Source: Candidatus Egerieisoma sp.
Lineage (GTDB): Bacteria > Bacillota > Clostridia > UBA1212 > UBA1255
Direction: 5' to 3'
Assembly: GCA_045580735.1 (NCBI GenBank)
Contig: JAZNOJ010000065.1
Coordinates: 1-58,671, forward strand
Length of the DNA stretch: 58,671 nucleotides
In this document: positions 31,751 through 41,033 of the stretch, piece by piece
How the letters are laid out: every line of letters begins with the position of its first letter
Position numbering within the stretch: the stretch's first letter is position 1
The notes under the pieces: model-generated
Seen by the model: only the letters and a program-made list of their open reading frames with translations
The model's database searches: none
Told to the model about the DNA's origin: nothing
Translations under genes and position numbers: made by a program

Positions 31751-32740
31751 TCAGAGCAAGCAAAAAATAAATTTCGATTCTGGTAGTCCAAAGCTTATTT
31801 CTGCACCATTTTTTAAAGAAAATGGCATTTGAGAAGCAATTTTCACCCCATCTACAAAGGTACCATTTTTAGAATTTAAGTCCTTTATAAACCAGTTATT
31901 ATCATTTTTATATAGTGTAGCATGCTTTCTGCTTACAAAAATCATTCCCAATTCAATATCAGCCCAATCCTTGTCCCTACCTATGTTAATAACTGCCAGC
32001 GAATCATCCTTATCATAATATTCAATTCCGTTTAAAAGCTGTTTTCCACTCAACTTCATTTCTGCACCCTCTTTTTTATTCAAAAATCCCAAAAACAGCT
32101 TTTTAATCTCTTCAAGCTTTCTTTTATATTTAATCAATAAAGCTTCAAATGCAGATGCTTTTTCGCTAATAAATGGAAAAAGCTCCTCATATGGAAAATC
32201 GTTATTTCCTGCTAACGCATTTTTCTCCCATTCACACAAAATGATTGCTACCTGAGCTAATTCAGAGGCTGTTTCTTCTGATGTTTCATAATCAACGTAT
32301 TCTACATGAAGCGAAACTAATGCTACCATGTCACTACATTTATTATTTACTAATTTTCCATCCTTATACGCGCCCTTGTCAGGTGCATAAATAAACTCCA
32401 TTTCTGAAAGTGAGCTACCAACAAACACACATTCATAATCTAAAATAAATTCATGTCCATCTATCCCATATTCTCTTGCCCGTTTAAATAAATCTGCTAA
32501 TGCTCGAACAAAAACATAAAAATCCTTAGGCTTAAAGCCTTTCTCATAAATGTATTCTTTTAATGATTGTCTATGGCTAATATAAAAATAATAATTATTC
32601 CTATCCCAGCTCACGTCCGATGGCACAAAAATACCCGTCATATGTTCTGCCACAAGGTTCATTTTTTTCTTTAATTCCTCTGGTGAATACGGACTGTCAA
32701 TTGACAGTCCGCAGCCAGTTCTTTCTTTATTTATTTTCAT
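31751..32740 (-). CDS. FHA-domain protein (N-terminal DUF6382-like) of the Tad locus
   Basis: C-terminal IGR..VSRKHA..DLNSKNGTFVDG FHA motif. Confidence 0.8.
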   Translation of the reverse strand: MKINKERTGCGLSIDSPYSPEELKKKMNLVAEHMTGIFVPSDVSWDRNNYYFYISHRQSLKEYIYEKGFKPKDFYVFVRALADLFKRAREYGIDGHEFILDYECVFVGSSLSEMEFIYAPDKGAYKDGKLVNNKCSDMVALVSLHVEYVDYETSEETASELAQVAIILCEWEKNALAGNNDFPYEELFPFISEKASAFEALLIKYKRKLEEIKKLFLGFLNKKEGAEMKLSGKQLLNGIEYYDKDDSLAVINIGRDKDWADIELGMIFVSRKHATLYKNDNNWFIKDLNSKNGTFVDGVKIASQMPFSLKNGAEISFGLPESKFIFCLL

Positions 32741-32754
32741 ATAACCACATCCTA

Positions 32755-32982
32755 TTACAAGGTACTTATGGCAGCATCTGTTTTACTTTTTATTTTATCA
32801 AAAATCGTATCTGCTAGGTCCATAATGAATGTTCTAAATATAAGCGCTAATGCCACTAAAACAGCAATAATAATTATTACCTCAATAGTACCCATACCCG
32901 ACTCATCTTTCGTAAAGCTAAATATTTTGTTTTTTATATTGGTTAACATATTAACAATCGTAAAATACATACTTATAGTCAT
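32755..32982 (-). CDS. Flp1 family type IVb (Tad) pilin
   Basis: DESG|MGTIEVIIIIAVLVALALIFR class III signal with Glu at +5. Confidence 0.9.
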   Translation of the reverse strand: MTISMYFTIVNMLTNIKNKIFSFTKDESGMGTIEVIIIIAVLVALALIFRTFIMDLADTIFDKIKSKTDAAISTL

Positions 32983-33012
32983 TTATGATTCACTCCTCTA
33001 AATAAATTTTTC

Positions 33013-33630
33013 TCACATACCTTCCAAAAAGGACATTACTGCTGGTGTCAAAAGCAAAATCACTAATGCTAAAAGCACTATTGTCGATGGTATTAATAAT
33101 AGTGTCGCTGCCTCATCGGCAAGCTTTGCAGCAGTACGCCTTCTTTCGTTTCTATATATTTGTGCCTGTGCGGCGAATAACTCGCCTAATTCATCACTGC
33201 CCTTTCTCATATTTTGGATAATAACTGCTGTAAAATTACTTAACGCAGCTGATTTTCTCCTTTCAGAAAGCTCCTCTAAAACAGTTGCAAAATCCTTTGA
33301 GCCTATTCGTCTTTGCATTTCAAATACCTCATGCAAATCCTTATACAAGGGTTTTTGCCTGTTCCCCGCAAGCACCGCTCTTTCAAGCGACTCCCTTATT
33401 CCTAATCCTGCTTCAGCAAACATGGCAACATGAATCATTAAATCAGGCAAATCCATCTCATAGCTTTTGTTTATTGCTTCAATTTTTCTTTTGTTTATAA
33501 ATTTTTTTATACCATACGTTCCACCTCCCATTAAAATTCCTATTAATACGCATGCAATTATGCTCTCACCCATAATAAATGTAACAACAAAGAAAACCAC
33601 ACCTACAAATATAAAAATAAAATTTTTCAT
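33013..33630 (-). CDS. TadC-like (T2SS F domain) protein
   Basis: DLPDL..AEAGL, IIQNMRKGSDEL, LLIP C-terminal TM. ATG 33630 with GGAGGA RBS. Confidence 0.82.
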   Translation of the reverse strand: MKNFIFIFVGVVFFVVTFIMGESIIACVLIGILMGGGTYGIKKFINKRKIEAINKSYEMDLPDLMIHVAMFAEAGLGIRESLERAVLAGNRQKPLYKDLHEVFEMQRRIGSKDFATVLEELSERRKSAALSNFTAVIIQNMRKGSDELGELFAAQAQIYRNERRRTAAKLADEAATLLLIPSTIVLLALVILLLTPAVMSFLEGM

Positions 33631-33644
33631 AATGTCCTCCTGCA

Positions 33645-34367
33645 TCAATACTCTATTTTTCCTAGCTTTTCCCCTAACCACCATGCCGCAAGAAGCATTG
33701 CAAGAACTACAATCATAATTACCCGTCCTAAATCCGTATACAGACTATCCATATAAGAAGGGGCTAATTGTTTAAAAAGGGCTATACATATAAAAGGCAT
33801 TATAATTATTATCCTGTTATTGTATTTAGGTGCGTTTAATATCCTTATTATCTCACCTTCCGTATCTTCTCTCATTCTGTAGGCTGCAGATAAATATCTA
33901 ATAAGTCCTGACATATCAATTCCTGTAGGTATTCCCGCAGATAAAACTTCACAAAAAGTCTTTATTTCTCTATTGTTGCTTCTTTGTGCCAGAGTTCTGA
34001 AGGCTACATCTATCGAATAATTATTTTGAAGCATTCTATACATTTTTTCAAAATCATCACCCAATAGTTTATAATCCTTTTTGTCTACAACTACAGTTTC
34101 CTTCAAAGCATTTTCCAATATCATTCCTGAAGACATTGACATTGAAATTCTTCCAAGCATTTTGTAAAACTCACTTTCCATCCTCTGCTGTCTTTTTGAC
34201 TCTAAATATATTTTTATTTTTTTCACAAAAATAGGCATAAAACAAATTGTTAAAACAACACTTATAGCTATGCTTTCAAACATCATCCATAATCCGATAT
34301 AAGCCACTATAATATAAATTAGGTTTGCACTAAAAAATACGCTCCAATACAATTTTTTCCTGTTCAT
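33645..34367 (-). CDS. TadB-like (T2SS F domain) protein
   Basis: SMSSGMILENAL, MPF..PSYMDSLYTDLGR, located directly after cpaF. Confidence 0.82.
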   Translation of the reverse strand: MNRKKLYWSVFFSANLIYIIVAYIGLWMMFESIAISVVLTICFMPIFVKKIKIYLESKRQQRMESEFYKMLGRISMSMSSGMILENALKETVVVDKKDYKLLGDDFEKMYRMLQNNYSIDVAFRTLAQRSNNREIKTFCEVLSAGIPTGIDMSGLIRYLSAAYRMREDTEGEIIRILNAPKYNNRIIIIMPFICIALFKQLAPSYMDSLYTDLGRVIMIVVLAMLLAAWWLGEKLGKIEY

Positions 34368-35436
34368 TTTTATTCACCTCTGCAACCTCTTTAACTATTC
34401 TTCCTTTTTCGTTCCTTTCTAAAAAAGCAACAACATCAACTCCTGATATTATCATCCTTTTAATTGTCTCTGAATGAACATGCCCCTCCCACAATGCCAT
34501 GGTTTCTAATCTTACAAGAGCATCCGTTGCGGAATTTGCATGCAGCGTAGACATCGAACCCTTGTGACCGGTCGATAATGCCGAGAGGAGCTCTAACGCA
34601 CTTTCATCTCTTACTTCTCCTATTATGAGTCTATCAGGACGCATTCTTAAGGCGGCCTTTATTAATGTTCTCATTTTAATTTCTCCCTTACCTTGTGTAT
34701 TTGAATTACGTGTTTCCATGCGCACCACATTAGGCTTTTTTATATTGAGCTCGGCAGAATCTTCTATCACTATTACCCTTTTTTCATCTGGTATAAAGCC
34801 TGTTAACATATTTAGAAATGTAGTCTTACCAGAAGATGTTCCTCCAGATATAACAATGCTCTTCTCTTCTAAAATACTTTTTATAAAGAACTCTGCCATT
34901 TCGGCTGTTATCGTTCCATTGTTTATAAAATCATCTATTTCGTACTGCTGCTTTGTAAATTTTCGTATTGTTACTATAGGACCATTGATTGCTATAGGAT
35001 TTAATACTACATTTATCCTCGCTCCACTATGAAGCCTAGCATCAACAATTGGATTACTTTCGTTTACAGCTCTGTTGCTCCACGAAAGCATTGTTTGAAT
35101 GTTATGAAAAAGTTCTTCTTTGTTACTATATCTTATTCCTGAATCTATTAGATTACCGCATTTTTCAAGAAAAATGCCCTCTGTTCCATTAATCATTATT
35201 TCATTTACAGTATCGTCTTCTAAAAATGGTTGTATAATCCCCATTCTTCGCCTACCATTAAATACTTCCCGGGCTAGATGTGTTGAATCAATATTTACCA
35301 TTGGAATTTTAGTCAATACACCTTGTATGCATGAATCAATCAATCTTTTAAGCTCTACATCGCTGTATTCTCTACCCATATCCATTCTTTCAGTTAGACG
35401 TCTATCTACTATTTCAATAAGTTGATTTTCCTCTAT
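34330..35436 (-). CDS. CpaF/TadA pilus assembly ATPase (start uncertain: ATA 35436 or ATG 35385)
   Basis: EIMING, PIVDARL, GGTSSGKTT, LRMRPDRLIIGEVR, STGHKGSMSTLHANS. Confidence 0.92.
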   Translation of the reverse strand: MEENQLIEIVDRRLTERMDMGREYSDVELKRLIDSCIQGVLTKIPMVNIDSTHLAREVFNGRRRMGIIQPFLEDDTVNEIMINGTEGIFLEKCGNLIDSGIRYSNKEELFHNIQTMLSWSNRAVNESNPIVDARLHSGARINVVLNPIAINGPIVTIRKFTKQQYEIDDFINNGTITAEMAEFFIKSILEEKSIVISGGTSSGKTTFLNMLTGFIPDEKRVIVIEDSAELNIKKPNVVRMETRNSNTQGKGEIKMRTLIKAALRMRPDRLIIGEVRDESALELLSALSTGHKGSMSTLHANSATDALVRLETMALWEGHVHSETIKRMIISGVDVVAFLERNEKGRIVKEVAEVNKNEQEKIVLERIF

Positions 35437-35527
35437 AAGGATTCCCCCTTTCGCAATTAATGTAGATAGACTATACAGCTTTTTTAAAAGAAAAGCAAGA
35501 ACTTTCGTTCGTCTTTACGATGCATAT

Positions 35528-35601
35528 TTCGTCATAATTCGACAATTATTATTGACTTTGTTTACTTTATTTATTAAACTGTTTTTCCGAAATATGTCGA
35601 A
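35528..35601. promoter_or_regulatory. Three Spo0A-box matches (TGNCGAA) in the cpaF/dusB divergent intergenic region
   Basis: ttcgtca 35528-35534, ttcgaca 35538-35544, tgtcgaa 35595-35601. Confidence 0.55.
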
Positions 35602-35622
35602 TTTTACAAAGAGAGGTAAATC

Positions 35623-36708
35623 ATGAATTTTGAATGTTCCAGCAATATAAAAAGTCCTTTTATCACAGAAAATCCAGAAGCTCATAAAGAACTTCAGAGC
35701 TATATTCATGATATTACACTAAAAGGCAAAAATAGCTCCTTATCACTAGATAATAATGTATGGCTTGCACCTTTAGCTGGTGTTACAGACCTTTCTTTTA
35801 GAATTATTTGCAAAGAAACACATAAATTTTTGAATTTACCACAAAAAACCTCTCCTGGACTTGTTTTTTCTGAAATGATTAGTGCAAAGGGCGTTCACTA
35901 CAAAGGCAACAACAGTATTGCACTCGCTGATACAGATGAAAAAGAAGCACCAATGAGTATTCAAATTTTTGGAAGCGAAAGTGACATAATGGCCGAATGT
36001 GCTACAATTTTTAAAGACAGAGGCGCAAAAGCCATTGACATAAATATGGGTTGTCCTATGCAAAAAATAACATCAAACGGCGAAGGTAGTTCATTAATGA
36101 AAAATCCCTTACAAATCGAAAAAATTGTTAAAGCTGTCAGTGAAGCTTGTGGTTTACCAACTACTGTAAAGATTCGTAGAGGATATGAAATAGGTAACGA
36201 ATCATGTGTCGAAGCAGCACTTGCAGCAGAAGCTGGTGGAGCCGCAGCAGTAACCGTTCATGGAAGATACAGGGATGAATATTATTCAGGTAAAAGTGAA
36301 ATTTCTGCAATCGCAAGAGTAAAGGCTGCTCTTAAAATACCTGTTATAGGTAATGGCGACATAATTTCTTGCGAAACAGCTCTTAAAATGTTTAAGGAAA
36401 CAGGCTGTGATGGCATTATGATTGGCAGAGGCGCTCTTGGAAGACCTTGGATTTTTAATTATTTACTTTCAGACGTGCTTCCGCCTGTGATTTTACCAAA
36501 GCATATATCAGAAATTATAAACACACATATTCAATATGCGGTTAAATATAAAGGCGAAAAATATGGAATTACAGAGATGAGAAAGCATCTTGCTTGGTAT
36601 ACAAAAGGAATGCGTAGTGCCGCAGCCATGCGTGATAAAATATTTAAAGCTACTACACTTTTAGAGGCGCAGCAGCTCATAAATGATTTATTTGAAATAA
36701 ATAACTAG
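35623..36708 (+). CDS. dusB: tRNA dihydrouridine synthase
   Basis: LAPLAGVTD, DINMGCP, TVHGR, GNGDI, MIGRGALGRPW. Confidence 0.93.
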   Translation: MNFECSSNIKSPFITENPEAHKELQSYIHDITLKGKNSSLSLDNNVWLAPLAGVTDLSFRIICKETHKFLNLPQKTSPGLVFSEMISAKGVHYKGNNSIALADTDEKEAPMSIQIFGSESDIMAECATIFKDRGAKAIDINMGCPMQKITSNGEGSSLMKNPLQIEKIVKAVSEACGLPTTVKIRRGYEIGNESCVEAALAAEAGGAAAVTVHGRYRDEYYSGKSEISAIARVKAALKIPVIGNGDIISCETALKMFKETGCDGIMIGRGALGRPWIFNYLLSDVLPPVILPKHISEIINTHIQYAVKYKGEKYGITEMRKHLAWYTKGMRSAAAMRDKIFKATTLLEAQQLINDLFEINN

Positions 36709-36711
36709 ATT

Positions 36712-38172
36712 TTATAACTCATTCAACAGAGAAATTTTTCTTTCAGCCATTTCCTCATAACGGCGCATATAATCCTCTACACCTTTTACATTAAAAGAGC
36801 GAGTTATTTTCCTTTCACCTTCTAAAACCTGACATAGTTTAGTAACTCCTCCTGCTCCAAATGCAAAAATACTTTGATCTTCTTCCATTATATGTATATT
36901 ATAAGGACTTTCCAAACCAGGCTTACAGTAAGAAACATTCTCATGATTTCCAAGCATATTCTTCTGTCTATACATATAAAATGGTTGCATTCCCATTTTT
37001 TCGATAGACTCATGTGCCATTAAGAGCATTTTGCCTGTAACATCATGTTTCAAAAGTGATACTTTTTCATCACGCTTTAAATCTGCAGCCCTTTTAACAC
37101 TCAATGTATGTACTGTAACAGCATCAGGTGCCATTTCTGAAATTTTATCCAAGGTATACTCAAAATCCTTCTCATCCTCTCCCGGAAGTCCAGCAATAAT
37201 ATCCATATTTATATTATTAAAGCCTGCTCTCCTCGCTTCATCAAAAGCTTTTTCTATCTGCTTTGCACTGTGGCGTCTACCAATAAGCTTTAATGTTTTA
37301 TCATTCATCGTTTGAGGATTAACACTTATTCTTGATACGCCAGATTGTTTTGCTGCCTTTAGCTTAGCTGGTGTAATACTGTCAGGGCGCCCAGCCTCCA
37401 AAGAAAATTCTCTTAATTCATCTATTTTCACAATTTCCGTTACTAGTTCCATAAACGTAGCAAAGTCTTCTTCGGAAAGTGATGTTGGTGTACCACCACC
37501 TATATATAAGCTTTCAATAGTATATCCCTTATCTATAATAACAGGAATTACCAATTTAAGCTCAATTTCAAGCATTTTAAGGTAATCCTTTACTCTATTC
37601 GAATATTTTTCTATTGGATGTGATGTAAAAGAACAATATAAACATCTCGTAGGACAAAATGGAATTCCTATATAAATTGATGCATTTCGGGGATTGCTCT
37701 CCTGGTTCTTTAAAAAGGCCTCCTGATTCATTGCTACTTTAGCCGCAAGGACAGCTTTTTCATGCTCTGCCATATAAAAATTTTCAAGCTCTTTGACTGC
37801 TTCTTCAAAGGAGTATCCCAAGGAATATAATCCGTTAACAATCTTAGCAGGTCTCACTCCTGTCATGCAGCCCCAAGGAGCTTTATAACCTGTAAAATCG
37901 CTCATTATTTTATACATTTCACGTTTTTGCAATTTATGCTCTAGCTTTTCATCGAGGGAATTAAAAAAAGGAACCTCACGGAATTTATCTCCCTGAGAAA
38001 GCCACAGTCTGCTTTTCAACTTTTTGGCTCTTTCGTCGTTAGACACAAATTCCGGAAATGCATTGCAATCATTAAAAATTTGCACCGCCTCGTATGCATA
38101 GTGAGGCGGTAACTCATCGGAAAAGCCCATATATATTTTTTCAATTTCTGTATGTTTATCCATAAAATCCAT
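36712..38172 (-). CDS. hemZ: Radical SAM protein HemZ (coproporphyrinogen dehydrogenase-like)
   Basis: PWGCMTGVRP, YIGIPFCPTRCLYCSF, YMYRQKN. Confidence 0.92.
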   Translation of the reverse strand: MDFMDKHTEIEKIYMGFSDELPPHYAYEAVQIFNDCNAFPEFVSNDERAKKLKSRLWLSQGDKFREVPFFNSLDEKLEHKLQKREMYKIMSDFTGYKAPWGCMTGVRPAKIVNGLYSLGYSFEEAVKELENFYMAEHEKAVLAAKVAMNQEAFLKNQESNPRNASIYIGIPFCPTRCLYCSFTSHPIEKYSNRVKDYLKMLEIELKLVIPVIIDKGYTIESLYIGGGTPTSLSEEDFATFMELVTEIVKIDELREFSLEAGRPDSITPAKLKAAKQSGVSRISVNPQTMNDKTLKLIGRRHSAKQIEKAFDEARRAGFNNINMDIIAGLPGEDEKDFEYTLDKISEMAPDAVTVHTLSVKRAADLKRDEKVSLLKHDVTGKMLLMAHESIEKMGMQPFYMYRQKNMLGNHENVSYCKPGLESPYNIHIMEEDQSIFAFGAGGVTKLCQVLEGERKITRSFNVKGVEDYMRRYEEMAERKISLLNEL

Positions 38173-38181
38173 CTAAAATTT

Positions 38182-38808
38182 TCAAAAATCCATAAAAGGA
38201 TTCATTTCTCTTTCTCTACCAATAGTTGTCTTTGTGCCATGTCCAGGATATACCTCAATATCGCTATTTAATGAATAAAGCTTTTCTATAGATTTTGCCA
38301 TGTCGCCAACATCTCCGGCACCTAAATCTGTTCTACCAAAACCAGAATAAAAAAGTGTATCACCTGAAAAAAGCATTTTATCGACTAAAATACACATTCC
38401 TCCTGGTGTATGTCCAGGTGTAGAAATCATTTGCAGCTTAACCTCTCCAAGGTATAAGACATCATTATCTTTAACAGTAATATCTGCATTTTCGTATGTT
38501 TTAGCAGAACCAAACAACGTAGACGCATTTAATCTTGGATTTCCTAGCATCACATTATCTGCCTCATGGATTACTACCTTAGCATTTTTAAATTTATATT
38601 TATATTTGTCTAGAAAATGTATGTGGTCAAAATGAGCATGTGTTAGAATAATATATTTAATATTAATATTTTCTTGATTTACTACATCCTCAATAAATTC
38701 AAGTGAGTTACCAGCATCGATTATTGCCGCCTCCAACGAAACAGTATCCCATATTATATATGTATTTGAGCCTAATATCCCTTGCGTAAATCTTTTAAAC
38801 TTTATCAT
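38182..38808 (-). CDS. MBL-fold metallo-hydrolase
   Basis: THAHFDH, TPGHTPG, SGDTLF, YPGHG. Confidence 0.92.
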   Translation of the reverse strand: MIKFKRFTQGILGSNTYIIWDTVSLEAAIIDAGNSLEFIEDVVNQENINIKYIILTHAHFDHIHFLDKYKYKFKNAKVVIHEADNVMLGNPRLNASTLFGSAKTYENADITVKDNDVLYLGEVKLQMISTPGHTPGGMCILVDKMLFSGDTLFYSGFGRTDLGAGDVGDMAKSIEKLYSLNSDIEVYPGHGTKTTIGREREMNPFMDF

Positions 38809-38833
38809 ATTTTCACCTTTTTTAGCCACAGCA

Positions 38834-41029
38834 TTATTTAACTGTTCTACTAACCTCTAAAACATTATCGAGGGCGTTGATTTTTGTGATTAGCTTATCT
38901 AACTCGGCTCTGTCTGAAATTTCTATCGTGAGGTCAATCAATTCATAATTATCCCTCGTAGTTCTGGCATTAATTGCTTTCATAATGAGCTTTGAGTCTG
39001 CAATTAAACGTGCAATTTGGAGAAGCAAAGTATTGTTATCAATTGCTTGTATAGAAACATCTGCAACATATGTGCGCTTGCTTTTGCCTGCCCAGCGTAC
39101 ATCAATAACTCTATTTTCAAACTCACTCATCGCAACAATATTTGGACAATCCGTTCTGTGAACAGATACACCACGTCCTCTAGTAATATATCCAACAATA
39201 GAATCTCCCGGAACAGGATTACAGCACCTAGAAAGTCTTACAAGACAGTTGTCAATCCCTTTAACGATAATTCCCTTATCAGATGTCTGTTTTTTCTCCT
39301 TTTGAGTACCCTTTGTGGCATCTAATTTTGCCAGCATAGCTTCTTCTTTAGTGCCATTTAACTGTTTTTGATATTCTTCTCTTAGAGTATTAATAATCTT
39401 TTGAGCACTTATTTCACCAAAGCCCACTACATTCAAAAGGTCGTCAAAATTCGAAAACTTATACTTCCTTAAAATAGGGTCTATCCACTCACTTTTAATA
39501 AGCTGCTCATACTTAAAGCCCTGTTTTTTGAGTTCTCTTTCAATAATCTCGCGGCCTCTTTCGATATTTTCTTCGCGACATTCTTTTTTAAACCATTGCT
39601 TTATTTTACTTTTTGCTTCTGAGCTTTTAACTACATTGAGCCAATCCCTGCTAGGTCCACGGCTGGACTGAGAAGTAATAATCTCTACAAAATCTCCTGT
39701 ACGAAGCTTGTAATTAAGAGGTTTAATTTCACCATTTACTCTCGCTCCTACCATTGTATTTCCAATTGCACTGTGAACCGAGTAAGCAAAATCTATAGGA
39801 GTTGCACCTTTTGGAAAACATTTAACATCACCCTTAGGAGTAAATACAAAAACCTCATCAGTAAATAAATCCATCTTAAAGGTCTGTGCAAATTCGTTAG
39901 GATCTTCAATTTCCTTTTGATTATCTAAAAGGTTGCGAACCCACTCAAGCTTACCCTCATAGTCAGAATTCTTTTCGTTTTTACTGCCCTTTTCTTTATA
40001 TTTCCAATGGGCTGCAATACCCATTTCTGCTGTTTTGTGCATCTCCCATGTACGAATCTGAGCTTCAAAAGGCTTACCATCCGGACCAATTAATGTTGTA
40101 TGAAGTGACTGGTACATATTAGGCTTTGGCATAGCAATGTAATCCTTGAATCTTCCCGGCATAGGTGTATACATTTCATGTAATGTGCCAAGTACCGTAT
40201 AACATTCCTGAACCGTATCTACGATGACTCTTATTGCAAGTAAATCATATATTTGATTTAAGGTTTTATTTTGAGAAACCATCTTCTTGTGAATACTGTA
40301 AAAATGCTTTGGCCTTCCATCTAGAAAGGCTTTAATGTTATTTTCCTCGAGACGAACTCTTATAGACGCCAAAACTTCCTTTATATATGCTTCTTGCTCA
40401 TCTCTTCGTTGTGTTATTTGTGTAACCAGGCTGTCATAATATTCTGGCTCCAAATATTTAAAACATAAATCTTCTAATTCCCATTTAATTCTTGTAATAC
40501 CTAATCTATGAGCTAAGGGCGTATAAATTTCCAACGTTTCCCTTGCTTTCGTGATTTGTGAATCAGTATTAACATATTGAAGAGTTCTCATATTGTGGAG
40601 TCTGTCAACCAACTTAATTACAACGACACGAATATCATCTGCCATAGATAAAAACATTTTTCTAAGATTTTCTGCCTGATGTTCTTCCTTTGTTGACGTT
40701 GGAATTCTTTTAAGCTTCGTAACACCATCAACTAAATATGCAATTTCTTCACCAAACAATTCACGTATTTCTTCGATAGTAACTGAAGTATCCTCTACAA
40801 CATCGTGAAGCATTCCTGCAATTACCGAAGGCATATCCATGTCCATATCTACAAGCATGGATGCTACCGCAACAGGATGAATTATGAAAGGCTCTCCTGA
40901 TTTTCTTTTTTGCTCCTTATGCATACCATCAGCAAGATGGAATGCTTTTTCAAGCAATGTCAAATCTACACCCGGATGTCTGTCTTTTATAGTTTTTTCA
41001 ATTTTTTTAAATTGCTCTGTATAATCCAC
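38834..41029 (-). CDS. relA: Bifunctional (p)ppGpp synthetase/hydrolase Rel
   Basis: HDVVEDT hydrolase, RFKDYIA synthetase, TGS and ACT domains. Confidence 0.97.
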   Translation of the reverse strand: MDYTEQFKKIEKTIKDRHPGVDLTLLEKAFHLADGMHKEQKRKSGEPFIIHPVAVASMLVDMDMDMPSVIAGMLHDVVEDTSVTIEEIRELFGEEIAYLVDGVTKLKRIPTSTKEEHQAENLRKMFLSMADDIRVVVIKLVDRLHNMRTLQYVNTDSQITKARETLEIYTPLAHRLGITRIKWELEDLCFKYLEPEYYDSLVTQITQRRDEQEAYIKEVLASIRVRLEENNIKAFLDGRPKHFYSIHKKMVSQNKTLNQIYDLLAIRVIVDTVQECYTVLGTLHEMYTPMPGRFKDYIAMPKPNMYQSLHTTLIGPDGKPFEAQIRTWEMHKTAEMGIAAHWKYKEKGSKNEKNSDYEGKLEWVRNLLDNQKEIEDPNEFAQTFKMDLFTDEVFVFTPKGDVKCFPKGATPIDFAYSVHSAIGNTMVGARVNGEIKPLNYKLRTGDFVEIITSQSSRGPSRDWLNVVKSSEAKSKIKQWFKKECREENIERGREIIERELKKQGFKYEQLIKSEWIDPILRKYKFSNFDDLLNVVGFGEISAQKIINTLREEYQKQLNGTKEEAMLAKLDATKGTQKEKKQTSDKGIIVKGIDNCLVRLSRCCNPVPGDSIVGYITRGRGVSVHRTDCPNIVAMSEFENRVIDVRWAGKSKRTYVADVSIQAIDNNTLLLQIARLIADSKLIMKAINARTTRDNYELIDLTIEISDRAELDKLITKINALDNVLEVSRTVK

Positions 41030-41033
41030 AAAA

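Noticed and set aside
38155-38196. Repeated ATGGAT(TTT) (minus strand) at the MBL/hemZ junction (..PFMDF* then MDFMD..)
   Set aside because: Short AT-rich repeat, plausible by chance or local slippage. It only makes the hemZ start ambiguous
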